Counted from the stretch's first letter, positions 1 to 7,957 are shown. The stretch: DNA of 18,283 nt from Nitrosopumilales archaeon (GCA_044507735.1 JBIQJB010000001.1:297007-315289); one strand, 5' to 3'. The notes: generated by a model from the sequence alone, not told the origin. A program made the numbers and translations.

Positions 1-1254
1 TCAGCTGACTACTTTGAACTCTATTTCCTTTTGCTTGAGGAATTCTACGAGCTTGTGGGCGTGTTTCTCATCCTCCATTTCGAGACTGAGGTAGACGCCT
101 GCGGTGCCTGCCGGGATGTGCGAGCTGAGTCTGTCGTGTTCCACTTCAACTATGTTGATGCTCAGCTCGGCAATGCTGTCAACCACGCTCTTGAGTGCGC
201 CCGGTTTGTCTGGCAGCAAGATAAAGATCTTTAGCATCCTGCCCATCTGCATGAGCCCCTTTGCCACAACCTGACCGAGAAGGTACATGTCCACGTTACC
301 GCCTGACAGAATCGTTACTACCTTGTCTTTCCTATTGGCATGCACACCATTTGCAAGCAGGTATGCCAGACTTGCGGCCCCTGCTGGCTCGACCACCAGC
401 TTGGCGCGCTCCATGAGTAGGAACATCGTTTTGACTATTGATATGTCATCGACAAGAACAACATCATCCAGATACTTGCTTGCCACCTCAAATGTCAGCT
501 TTCCCGGTTGCTTCACAGCGATGCCATCTGCTATGCTGTAGCCCTTCTTGGTGGACTGGAGCGAGCCCTTGGTCATAGACTCCTTCATTGCCGGAAATGC
601 CTTTGACTCCACTCCAATTATTTTAACATCAGGCTTTCGTGACTTGACTGCTATTGCGACACCTGCTGCAAGTCCTCCGCCTCCGACAGGCAGGTATATC
701 CTGTTTACATCAGGCAGGTCCTCCAGTATTTCTAGTCCGATGGTTCCCTGCCCTGCGATTACGTCAGAATCATCAAAAGCATGAATTATGGTTCTGCCCT
801 CTGTCCTTGCTATCTCTTGCAAGGCCTCCCATGCCTCGTCATAGTTTGAGCCGCGTCTCACCACAGTCGCGCCGTATGACCTGGTTGCAGCCACCTTGGC
901 CGGCGATGCGTTCTGTGGCATGACAATTGTACATGGGATCTTTTTTATCGCAGCCGCATAAGCCACACCTTGCGCATGATTGCCTGCAGAAGCAGCAATG
1001 ACTCCGTGGCTCGCCTGCTTGTCTGATAGCCTGCTTACTTTGACAAAGGCTCCGCGCGCCTTGAAAGAACCGGTCACCTGGAGACACTCAAGTTTCATGA
1101 AGAGATTCGCGCCAGCAAGGTCGGAGAATGTCTTTGAGTTCTGAAGCGGAGTCTTTCTGATGGTTCCCGCCAGAAGATCTCTGGCCTCTAGGATATCCTC
1201 AACCTTTGGCATCTGCTGCCTCTTGTCAGGATCCCATACACTACCATCATTCAT
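1..1254 (-). CDS. ilvA: Threonine ammonia-lyase (PLP-dependent threonine dehydratase) with one C-terminal ACT domain
   Basis: KLECLQVTGSFKARGA contains the PLP lysine; ASAGNHAQGVA, PVGGGGL, VEPAGA and ILSGGNVD motifs are present; C-terminal ACT signature LPDKPGAL...INIVEVEHDR. Stop codon at 1-3, so the gene is complete. Confidence 0.95.
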   Translation of the reverse strand: MNDGSVWDPDKRQQMPKVEDILEARDLLAGTIRKTPLQNSKTFSDLAGANLFMKLECLQVTGSFKARGAFVKVSRLSDKQASHGVIAASAGNHAQGVAYAAAIKKIPCTIVMPQNASPAKVAATRSYGATVVRRGSNYDEAWEALQEIARTEGRTIIHAFDDSDVIAGQGTIGLEILEDLPDVNRIYLPVGGGGLAAGVAIAVKSRKPDVKIIGVESKAFPAMKESMTKGSLQSTKKGYSIADGIAVKQPGKLTFEVASKYLDDVVLVDDISIVKTMFLLMERAKLVVEPAGAASLAYLLANGVHANRKDKVVTILSGGNVDMYLLGQVVAKGLMQMGRMLKIFILLPDKPGALKSVVDSIAELSINIVEVEHDRLSSHIPAGTAGVYLSLEMEDEKHAHKLVEFLKQKEIEFKVVS

Positions 1255-1280
1255 GAATACCCATCAGCAGTTGACGCCTT

Positions 1281-1305
1281 AATTATAATTATCTCTATAA
1301 AAATC
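1281..1305 (-). promoter_or_regulatory. Putative TATA-box region for ilvA
   Basis: Minus strand reads GATTTTTATAG...AATTATAATT, 27-51 nt upstream of the ATG at 1254. Confidence 0.5.
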
Positions 1306-1802
1306 CAAGAGTGCATCTCGGAATGGTTGGCTGCTGCAGTCGGCAAGAACAATAATCCAATAATAAACAATCATGCCAACCCGTTGTATTCTTCGACCGA
1401 TGGGTGAATTGTGCTAGCTGGTAAATCATTATTGTTTCACCTGTTGTTCATCCATATCTCGCACATGTCGAGCAATAGTCACCAATATGCATATAGTTGT
1501 CATTCCAAAGAAAGCCACTTCTCGTGCGGTGAGTGGGAAATCACATGGCCATATTTTTCTGTCCCGAAAGACTGAACTGGGACCTCTGCAGCTTGGGGTC
1601 GTGATCAAACCCGAAGTGGACGGGACACCCTGCTGGAATTGGCAGGCCGCAACATCACAAGGCTCTCAAGGTTGTGCCCTTACGAGGATTGAGGTTCTAC
1701 TCAATCTCTGAATTGATTCACCATGCTTTCCATCTCTGTTGTAGGAAAACCGACTAAGGGTTGCAGAACTTGCGAGCATCTGCTTGATGCATCAATTGCA
1801 GC

Positions 1803-1835
1803 CCAAAAAACCGAATCAAAAATAATAGAAGAAGG
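1803..1835 (-). terminator. Putative oligo-T terminator after the DUF2024 gene
   Basis: Minus strand has a T5 tract (TATTATTTTTG) and a T6 tract (GGTTTTTTGG) immediately after the stop at 1838. Confidence 0.4.
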
Positions 1836-1837
1836 TC

Positions 1838-2101
1838 CTATGGTGGACAGCCTTCCATCTTTTGTATCCAGTAGCCATTCTGCTTGATTGCTTTCTCTAC
1901 AAAGGGCGGTGCTTCCTGTATGTGGCAAAACTGGCATTCCTCTGACGTCATCTTTTGCCCACCTTGGCCTGCTGTTTCAAGGTACTGCTTGCCGTATTCA
2001 ATTGCCTTTTCATGAGGTGTGCTCGCTTCCACTACGACGTCAAAGTGCATAATCTTGCCATCCTTCTTAGTTACGTATGTGTCATAGACTGCGCATTCCA
2101 T
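1838..2101 (-). CDS. DUF2024 family small protein (NE1680-like)
   Basis: Recognised family pattern V[YF]DTYV.KKDG..MHFD.VV, then AIEYGKQYL and ECQFCH; 87 aa, ATG start, A-rich/TAAATA element about 25-40 nt upstream. Confidence 0.85.
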   Translation of the reverse strand: MECAVYDTYVTKKDGKIMHFDVVVEASTPHEKAIEYGKQYLETAGQGGQKMTSEECQFCHIQEAPPFVEKAIKQNGYWIQKMEGCPP

Positions 2102-2197
2102 TTTACGATTGATTCTGTTCTATGGTATTTATTCTATTTCCTTTTTCTCGATCTGTGCAATACGTGATTTCGCAGGCAGTTATAGCCAGCGCCACAG

Positions 2198-2204
2198 TTT
2201 AAAT
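2198..2204 (+). promoter_or_regulatory. Putative TATA box (TTTAAAT) for the thioredoxin-NHL gene
   Basis: Lies 24-30 nt upstream of the ATG at 2228, the spacing expected for a leaderless archaeal transcript. Confidence 0.55.
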
Positions 2205-2227
2205 CGGTTCTCTGTGATAATCTTGTC

Positions 2228-3724
2228 ATGTTTCGCCGACCCTCGCTTGTCAATTCAAAGGCAAAGGACTTCCCAAAAGATTTTGTCTGGCTCAATACTG
2301 ATAGGCCTCTATCCCTTGAAGATCTAAAAGGCCACGTGGTGATTCTTGATTTCTGGACCTACTGCTGCATTAACTGTATGCACACACTTCCCGATCTGGA
2401 ATGGATCGAAAAGAAATACCGCGGCAAACCTGTTGTGGTGGTGGGGGTCCACTCTGCCAAATTCTACAACGAGCAGGAAGTTGAAAACATCCGCGAAGCA
2501 ATTGCCCGGTACGAGATTAGCCATCCCGTTATTGCCGATCGGAACATGGAGATCTGGCAGTCATACGGCGTGAGTGGGTGGCCGACCCTCGTAGTAGTTG
2601 ATCCAAGAGGCAACATCGTCTATCAGCAGTCAGGCGAGGGTCAGCGTGAGAACCTCGATGATGTGATTTCAGTATTGCTTGAGCGCAACAAGGAAATGCT
2701 GGCAAAAGAGCCTATTACAATAAGAAGACCCGCAGGTGCGCCCTCCCGGACGCTATCGTACCCCGGCAAACTGTCAGTTTCACCAGACGGTGGAATGCTC
2801 GCCGTCAGCGACTCAAACCACAACCGCGTTCTTGTTATCGATGCCCGCAGCGGTAAGATAATTCACAAGGTTGGAAGCGGAGCAAGGGGTCTCCAAGACG
2901 GCAGTTTCGAACAGGCGCACTTTTTCCGTCCGCAAGGTGTACTATGGGTGGGCGAAAAGATCTTTGTCGCTGACACTGAGAATCATGCCCTCAGGGAGAT
3001 TGACCTGAAGTCAGGAGCAGTCAAGACACTTGCCGGCAACGGTAGGCAGGGATACTGGATCCAGTCGGCGCGGGAAGGCAGGACAACCCAGCTGAGCTCG
3101 CCCTGGGATCTTGCGTACGACAGCGGCTTTATCTTTATCGCCATGGCCGGCCTGCACCAGATATGGGCATACCACCTAGAGACTAACATCATAGGTCCAT
3201 TTGCGGGTAGCGGCTATGAAGACATTGTAGACGGCTCGCTTGAAGAGGCCCAATTCGCGCAGCCAAGTGGCCTTTCAATATCTGGGGGCAATCTTTTCGT
3301 TGCAGATAGCGAGGTTTCAGCAGTGAGAAGAATAGACCTCGACCGCAAGATTGTTCAGACCGTAGTGGGAGAAGGGTTGTTTGTCTTTGGTCATCGCGAC
3401 GGCCCGTTTGATTCTGCGAGATTCCAGCACCCTCTCGGTGTCTCATGTGGGGATAACAATAGAATTTATGTTGCAGACACGTACAACCACGCGATAAGAC
3501 TTTTGGATCTTGCCGGTCGAAAAGTGACGACGCTTGTAGGCAGGCCAGAGATGAAAGCAGTTTGCAACATCGACGATCCCTCGTGCGACACGCTTGGCCT
3601 TTACGAACCTGGTGATGTTAAGGTGCATGGCAACACGCTCTACATTGCTGACACAAACAACCACTTGATCAGGATGTATGACCTTGAGAAGAAAGTGCTC
3701 AGGACTTTGGTCGTCCATGAATAG
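2228..3724 (+). CDS. Thioredoxin-like domain plus NHL-repeat beta-propeller protein (NHLRC2/SOQ1-like)
   Basis: N-terminal LDFWTYCCINCMH, GVHSAKF and WPTLVVVDP; six NHL-type blades (SDSNHNRV, ADTENHALR, AMAGLHQIW, ADSEVSAVR, ADTYNHAIR, ADTNNHLIR). Confidence 0.93.
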   Translation: MFRRPSLVNSKAKDFPKDFVWLNTDRPLSLEDLKGHVVILDFWTYCCINCMHTLPDLEWIEKKYRGKPVVVVGVHSAKFYNEQEVENIREAIARYEISHPVIADRNMEIWQSYGVSGWPTLVVVDPRGNIVYQQSGEGQRENLDDVISVLLERNKEMLAKEPITIRRPAGAPSRTLSYPGKLSVSPDGGMLAVSDSNHNRVLVIDARSGKIIHKVGSGARGLQDGSFEQAHFFRPQGVLWVGEKIFVADTENHALREIDLKSGAVKTLAGNGRQGYWIQSAREGRTTQLSSPWDLAYDSGFIFIAMAGLHQIWAYHLETNIIGPFAGSGYEDIVDGSLEEAQFAQPSGLSISGGNLFVADSEVSAVRRIDLDRKIVQTVVGEGLFVFGHRDGPFDSARFQHPLGVSCGDNNRIYVADTYNHAIRLLDLAGRKVTTLVGRPEMKAVCNIDDPSCDTLGLYEPGDVKVHGNTLYIADTNNHLIRMYDLEKKVLRTLVVHE

Positions 3725-3965
3725 GATTGACGTTCATTTAGCATTTCACGTCGACTTTGGCAAAGCTGGTGCCTATCAAAAAAAATATTGATACCTCCCA
3801 TTGCATTCCACTCGTCCTCTGTCTTCTATCTGTGACTCAAGAAACATCCTTTTGTCTGAACCAATTCTCCAGCGATCAATAACGTGAAGATGGCAGGGAC
3901 GACATGTTCTTGCCTTATCCCGATCGAAAGTCTTTAGTGCTGGGGTCCCCATTACTGATCTTCAG

Positions 3966-4583
3966 ATGAAGATATTTCCTAGCGACATTTTGTCACGGAT
4001 GTACGCGGGCGAGAACAGCGAGATAGAGTTGCCCAAGAAGGAAGAGACACCGTCGGAAGTAGATGATGTGCTCCAGACCAACATCTTTAATGTAATGCTT
4101 AATCGACGGTCCCAGCGCAGATTCGAGGATCGGCAGGTGGAGGACTGGAAGCTGGAGATGATATTTGCTGCCGCTGACACTGCCCCAACGGCCGGCGGCT
4201 TTCAAGGCTTTGAAATTTACCACATAAAGAACCCTGATGTAAAGTCAAAGCTAGTGGAGGCTGCAAACAACCAGCCATACGTTAACGCCCCGGTCCTGCT
4301 TGTATTCTGCATGGATCCGTCAAGGGTCAAGATGAACTTCCCCCAGGACATTATCAAGAAATTTTCAGTGCAGGATGCAACCCTTGCCGCAGCATATGCG
4401 CAGCTGGCAGCCCACGCGCTAGGACTGAGTACAGTTTGGATTGGAATGATAGATGAAAAGAAGGTGATGGAGGCACTGAGCACCGACCTTGTCCCTGCAT
4501 GCATGCTTTGCATAGGCTATCCGCAAAAGATGCTGCATCCAAAGCCAAAGAGGAAGCTGTCTGAACTGATACGCGAGATCTAA
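3966..4583 (+). CDS. Nitroreductase family FMN-dependent oxidoreductase
   Basis: RRSQRRF FMN-binding motif, APTAGGFQ, DATLAAAYAQLAAHALGLSTVWIG and LCIGYP; GAAAGTCTTTAGT promoter-like element about 30 nt upstream. Confidence 0.9.
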   Translation: MKIFPSDILSRMYAGENSEIELPKKEETPSEVDDVLQTNIFNVMLNRRSQRRFEDRQVEDWKLEMIFAAADTAPTAGGFQGFEIYHIKNPDVKSKLVEAANNQPYVNAPVLLVFCMDPSRVKMNFPQDIIKKFSVQDATLAAAYAQLAAHALGLSTVWIGMIDEKKVMEALSTDLVPACMLCIGYPQKMLHPKPKRKLSELIREI

Positions 4584-4595
4584 CATTCGTCTGGT

Positions 4596-5342
4596 TTAGT
4601 ATCCCGCGTCCATCAGGTATACCAGTGTTTCCTCCTTCTTTGCCACACTGGTCTTGTCGGGGCGCTTTACCTTGGTGTTCATCAAGCGAACATTGACTAT
4701 ATCTTTGCCAAAAGACGAGTCGAGATCCATCTCTACCGTTCCTGGCAACCATGTGTCATCGTGGGCATGGTCAAGCAACACGCCTCCCATGGGGATTACC
4801 ACCTTGCTGACTTTGACGACATTTTCAATATCGTTTCTTATCTTTATGCGCACTAGTGCCTCTTCATACTTTGCCGGCTTGATGTCCTCGCTGCTTGTGC
4901 TTATCTCGGTCTCGATGTACCTGCATACCGACCCGCTCTCAGGAGTGCCATAGAGTGCATACTGTTGGCGTGAGCGGGAAAAGACGTCGATCATTACCTC
5001 TTCATCTTTCGTCTGCCTGTATACTCCGATTTCAATGGGCATCTTTGCGTAAATGACGGCCTGGCTAGTCTGGTCCACAACCACCGGTGCTTTGAACTTC
5101 ATGTACAAGTTCTGTGCTACAACAGCAGGAGTGAACAGGGGAGGAACTGGAAAAACACCTATTGTCATTGTGTCTTCGTCTGAAACTATCATTGCTTCCG
5201 TTGCCAGCGTACTTCCTGCATATCGTCTGTATTGAAGAGCCGAGCCGACACTATTAATCTCGATCCTGTTTTCGCCAAACACAAGCTGGTAGTCCTTTGT
5301 TGCCTTTGATTGCAGCCGGTGTCGTCCAAGTAGCCCTTCCAA
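4596..5342 (-). CDS. DUF432 domain-containing protein
   Basis: 248-aa ORF with TTG start. Segments resemble archaeal DUF432 (FPVPP, PIEIGV, IDVFS, YALYGTPESGSVCRY, VSKVVIP); family recognised from memory and the exact start is uncertain. Confidence 0.7.
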   Translation of the reverse strand: MEGLLGRHRLQSKATKDYQLVFGENRIEINSVGSALQYRRYAGSTLATEAMIVSDEDTMTIGVFPVPPLFTPAVVAQNLYMKFKAPVVVDQTSQAVIYAKMPIEIGVYRQTKDEEVMIDVFSRSRQQYALYGTPESGSVCRYIETEISTSSEDIKPAKYEEALVRIKIRNDIENVVKVSKVVIPMGGVLLDHAHDDTWLPGTVEMDLDSSFGKDIVNVRLMNTKVKRPDKTSVAKKEETLVYLMDAGY

Positions 5343-5623
5343 ACTAGGGAATTTTGATTGCGATCATTTGTAAACCTATCTGCCAAGACAATTATGGGAG
5401 GATTGGACACGATTCCAAGATCATACTCTTGACTCTGGCAATTGATGGACGATGAACATGAACTTAGCCTTTGAGAGGTTGTTACAGCTAGCTTGCTTGA
5501 AATGAGGTTGCCGATAGCGAGCTTATCGGGTATGCATACCTGACAGAACTGCTGCCACTGTGTACGCGACTAGCCATACATACGCATAAGGAGAGAGAGC
5601 GCTGCAGTTTCTGCGAGCGTACA

Positions 5624-6490
5624 CTAGGCGATCTTTGACTTTTTCAGCGCCTTTGTAACCTTAACAAGCTCGCCTTCAATGAGATCTGCCTCTTCTTTCT
5701 TTATCTTTGGTGTGTCAAGGAATGGCTCCCTTGATTTTGTCCTCTTGTTCTTTATCACTTCGATATCAAAGTAAGAAGTGACTCCCTCTTCTCCCTGCAT
5801 GAGTCTGTTGTAGTCAATAATGACGGGCGCTGTCTGGTAAAGCTCTATTAGAAGGTCACTGAGCTCTGAAAATAGCCTATTCTTCTTATTGCCCAGTTCT
5901 TCGAACTCGGGGAACTGACTCTCGACCGCTGACGCCTTTTGGTCAAGCTCCTGTACGAGCTTTTCATCATCAAACATCTTTGTGAAAAGCTCCTGAAAGT
6001 CCAAGTTGGCAAAGCCACGCTTTTGAAGCTCTGCAGCAAGCGCCTTGTCGGCGGCTCCTGACATGTCTTTGAAGATTGTTGTCGCTTCTTCTGCGATCTC
6101 TGCCAGTTCTTTCTGTATCTCTATGACACGCCTGTCTACTCTATAGTAGGGAAGCACATGAAACTGGACACCAAAATACCCGCTGATATAGAACCTGCCA
6201 ACTTCCTTCGTGAACTGGCAATAGAGTCTGTGCAAGTCCTCTGTGGCGGACTTGAGAATCCCTGAAAAGACCCAGCCTTTGAGCTCAGTTGCAAGCCGCT
6301 GGTAGAACATTTGCACGTTCTGGGGATCAAATGTATCTGCCTGCGTCACCGTCCCATCGCCCAACATTGCACTGACCCTTTGCATCGCTATTGCCGGACC
6401 TATCGCCTCCAGGTAGGCCTGTTCTACCTCTTGCACGGCGGCATTGACTTGGCTACAGAAATAGTCGTCTCCCTTGAACGGTGCCCTCAC
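5624..6490 (-). CDS. Hypothetical soluble protein, largely helical/coiled-coil
   Basis: 288-codon ORF with protein-like composition (E/K/L-rich heptads) and no longer competing ORF; the true start may be a few codons downstream of the GTG at 6490. Confidence 0.8.
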   Translation of the reverse strand: MRAPFKGDDYFCSQVNAAVQEVEQAYLEAIGPAIAMQRVSAMLGDGTVTQADTFDPQNVQMFYQRLATELKGWVFSGILKSATEDLHRLYCQFTKEVGRFYISGYFGVQFHVLPYYRVDRRVIEIQKELAEIAEEATTIFKDMSGAADKALAAELQKRGFANLDFQELFTKMFDDEKLVQELDQKASAVESQFPEFEELGNKKNRLFSELSDLLIELYQTAPVIIDYNRLMQGEEGVTSYFDIEVIKNKRTKSREPFLDTPKIKKEEADLIEGELVKVTKALKKSKIA

Positions 6491-6562
6491 GCCTAGGTTG
6501 GCGTCTTTCTGTCTAATATATATCCATGTTTAAATGCAACAACCCAGCAACATAGTGCGAGC

Positions 6563-7384
6563 TTGGCCGAGGGAAAGGAAAAACACGAGGGAGAAGATCA
6601 GGAGAAGACCAGCAAGTCTCTTGTGGACATGATGATGAGCAACAACAATGGCACAGCACTCGGAGCTGGTGCCAAGACTGTCGATTCAGAGACTCTGGTG
6701 TCTCAGACACAGGACCGGCTGTGGAGGGCACTCAAGAGGCGTTTCCAGTATGACGTGACGCTGGAACCGGGGCAGAAATATCTTCTCAACCACGTAAGCA
6801 GTAAGATCCCCCTTGTGATAATGTACGCCGACCTCGTGGGCTCAACCAACATGAGCATGACGCTGCCTGCAGACAAGCTCACGACCATAATCAGGGCCTT
6901 CACCTACGAGATGTCCCAGGTGGTTTACAGCCACGAAGGCTATGTGCTAAAGTACGTGGGAGACGCAGTCATCTCTTTCTTTCCGGCGAGCTATAACAAA
7001 TTGCTTGCATGCGACAGGGCAGTCCAGTGCGCCAAGTCAATGCTTGCTGTAGTAAAGAATGGCATCAACCCCATTTTGAACCAGTATGACTACCCTGAAC
7101 TAAACGTCAAGATCGGAATGGACGAGGGGGAGAACGTAATCGTGCAATACGGACACGACAAGAGCTCGCAGATAGACATCCTCGGCTACTGCATGAACAT
7201 AGCCGCCAAGATAACCTCTTTGACTGGACCCAACAAGATCTCTATTGGAGAAGACGTTCACAAGATGCTGCATCCTTCGATAAGGGCAAAATTTAAGGAA
7301 ATGAAGCTCAACCCGGATGATTGGAAGTACACGAACCGGCAAACAGGCAAGTTGTACAGAGTATACACATTGGCCTCCGGTTAG
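6563..7384 (+). CDS. Class III adenylate/guanylate cyclase domain protein, stand-alone and soluble
   Basis: IMYADLVGST (metal Asp 1), VLKYVGDAV (substrate Lys and metal Asp 2), VKIGMDEG, IDILGYCMNIAAKI (substrate Asp and catalytic Asn); TTG start. Confidence 0.9.
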   Translation: MAEGKEKHEGEDQEKTSKSLVDMMMSNNNGTALGAGAKTVDSETLVSQTQDRLWRALKRRFQYDVTLEPGQKYLLNHVSSKIPLVIMYADLVGSTNMSMTLPADKLTTIIRAFTYEMSQVVYSHEGYVLKYVGDAVISFFPASYNKLLACDRAVQCAKSMLAVVKNGINPILNQYDYPELNVKIGMDEGENVIVQYGHDKSSQIDILGYCMNIAAKITSLTGPNKISIGEDVHKMLHPSIRAKFKEMKLNPDDWKYTNRQTGKLYRVYTLASG

Positions 7385-7390
7385 CTCTCT

Positions 7391-7645
7391 TTAGTTCTTG
7401 TCTTGTAGCATCCCTTCTATTGACTGGTGTGCCCTGAGGAATTCATGGCCCTTCTGAGTGATACGGTACCTCTTGTCTGTCTTGTTATATGACAGCATTC
7501 CGTTATGAAGTAGAAGGCTAAGGTATTCTTTCAACTGCGAGAACGATAGATATGCACCATACATGATTCTCGTTTTGCTTACGCCGTCGCCCTTGGCAAC
7601 TTCTAGAATCTCTGAAACAATTTCTGTCCTGCTTCTATACTTCAC
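7391..7645 (-). CDS. Small winged helix-turn-helix transcription regulator (HTH_45/ArnR1-like family, common in Nitrososphaerales)
   Basis: MKYRSRTEIVSEIL...SKTRIMYGAYLSFSQLKEYL..L...GML....RYRITQKG.EFL matches the family pattern; GTG start. Confidence 0.9.
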   Translation of the reverse strand: MKYRSRTEIVSEILEVAKGDGVSKTRIMYGAYLSFSQLKEYLSLLLHNGMLSYNKTDKRYRITQKGHEFLRAHQSIEGMLQDKN

Positions 7646-7666
7646 TGTTTCAATGGAATCAATTTT

Positions 7667-7677
7667 CCTTAAAAATC
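7667..7677 (-). promoter_or_regulatory. Putative TATA box for the wHTH gene (GATTTTTAAGG)
   Basis: 22-32 nt upstream of the GTG at 7645; the identical 11-mer occurs upstream of rpoD at 10093-10103. Confidence 0.6.
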
Positions 7678-7822
7678 AGACGATATTAGATTCTATAATA
7701 TTCCTCTATAATTATGTCTAGTAATAGATGGGAAAGATCCGGGAGCCTGCGGCAGTTCAAAATTCAGTCATCTTGAAGGATCTGTCAAGTCCTCACGTCA
7801 TACGATCCTCTCGCCATCGCTA

Positions 7823-7957
7823 TCATTGCTGTCCTTGCTGCTCAATGTATTCTCTGTGGCCAGTTTGTGCCCTGTGCTGGACCAACTCTGATGTAGAAAT
7901 GAGCAGTTGATTGCAAGATCTGCAGATATAGCCAACAATTTTGCTGTCAGTTTCCAA
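7823..7957 (-). CDS. 44-aa C2H2 zinc-finger microprotein (not in the ORF track)
   Basis: Hand translation from TTG 7957: METDSKIVGYICRSCNQLLISTSELVQHRAQTGHREYIEQQGQQ*. Fits C-x2-C-x3-L-x8-H-x5-H. GGGAG SD-like motif at 7971-7967 (9-nt spacing) and TTAAAT at 8008-8003. Confidence 0.8.
   Translation of the reverse strand: METDSKIVGYICRSCNQLLISTSELVQHRAQTGHREYIEQQGQQ

Noticed and set aside
1533-1580. GGGAA...CTGTCCCGAAAGACTG resembling part of a cobalamin riboswitch core
   Set aside because: The T-loop stem and B12 box are absent and no B12-related gene follows on that strand.
1921-1937. CQFCH in DUF2024 as a c-type heme attachment motif
   Set aside because: No signal peptide or membrane anchor and no cytochrome c maturation context; more likely a family metal/thiol motif.
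1485-5540. ATGCAT-centred 10-12 bp palindromes in intergenic DNA (1485-1494, 1784-1795, 5529-5540)
   Set aside because: Flanks differ and a comparable palindrome lies inside a CDS (4497-4506), so a shared operator is not supported.
5445-5560. Broken frame ...ASLLEMRLPIASL/GYAYLTELL loosely like a histidine-kinase H-box
   Set aside because: Lacks the His and needs a stop and a frameshift; too weak without a database hit.
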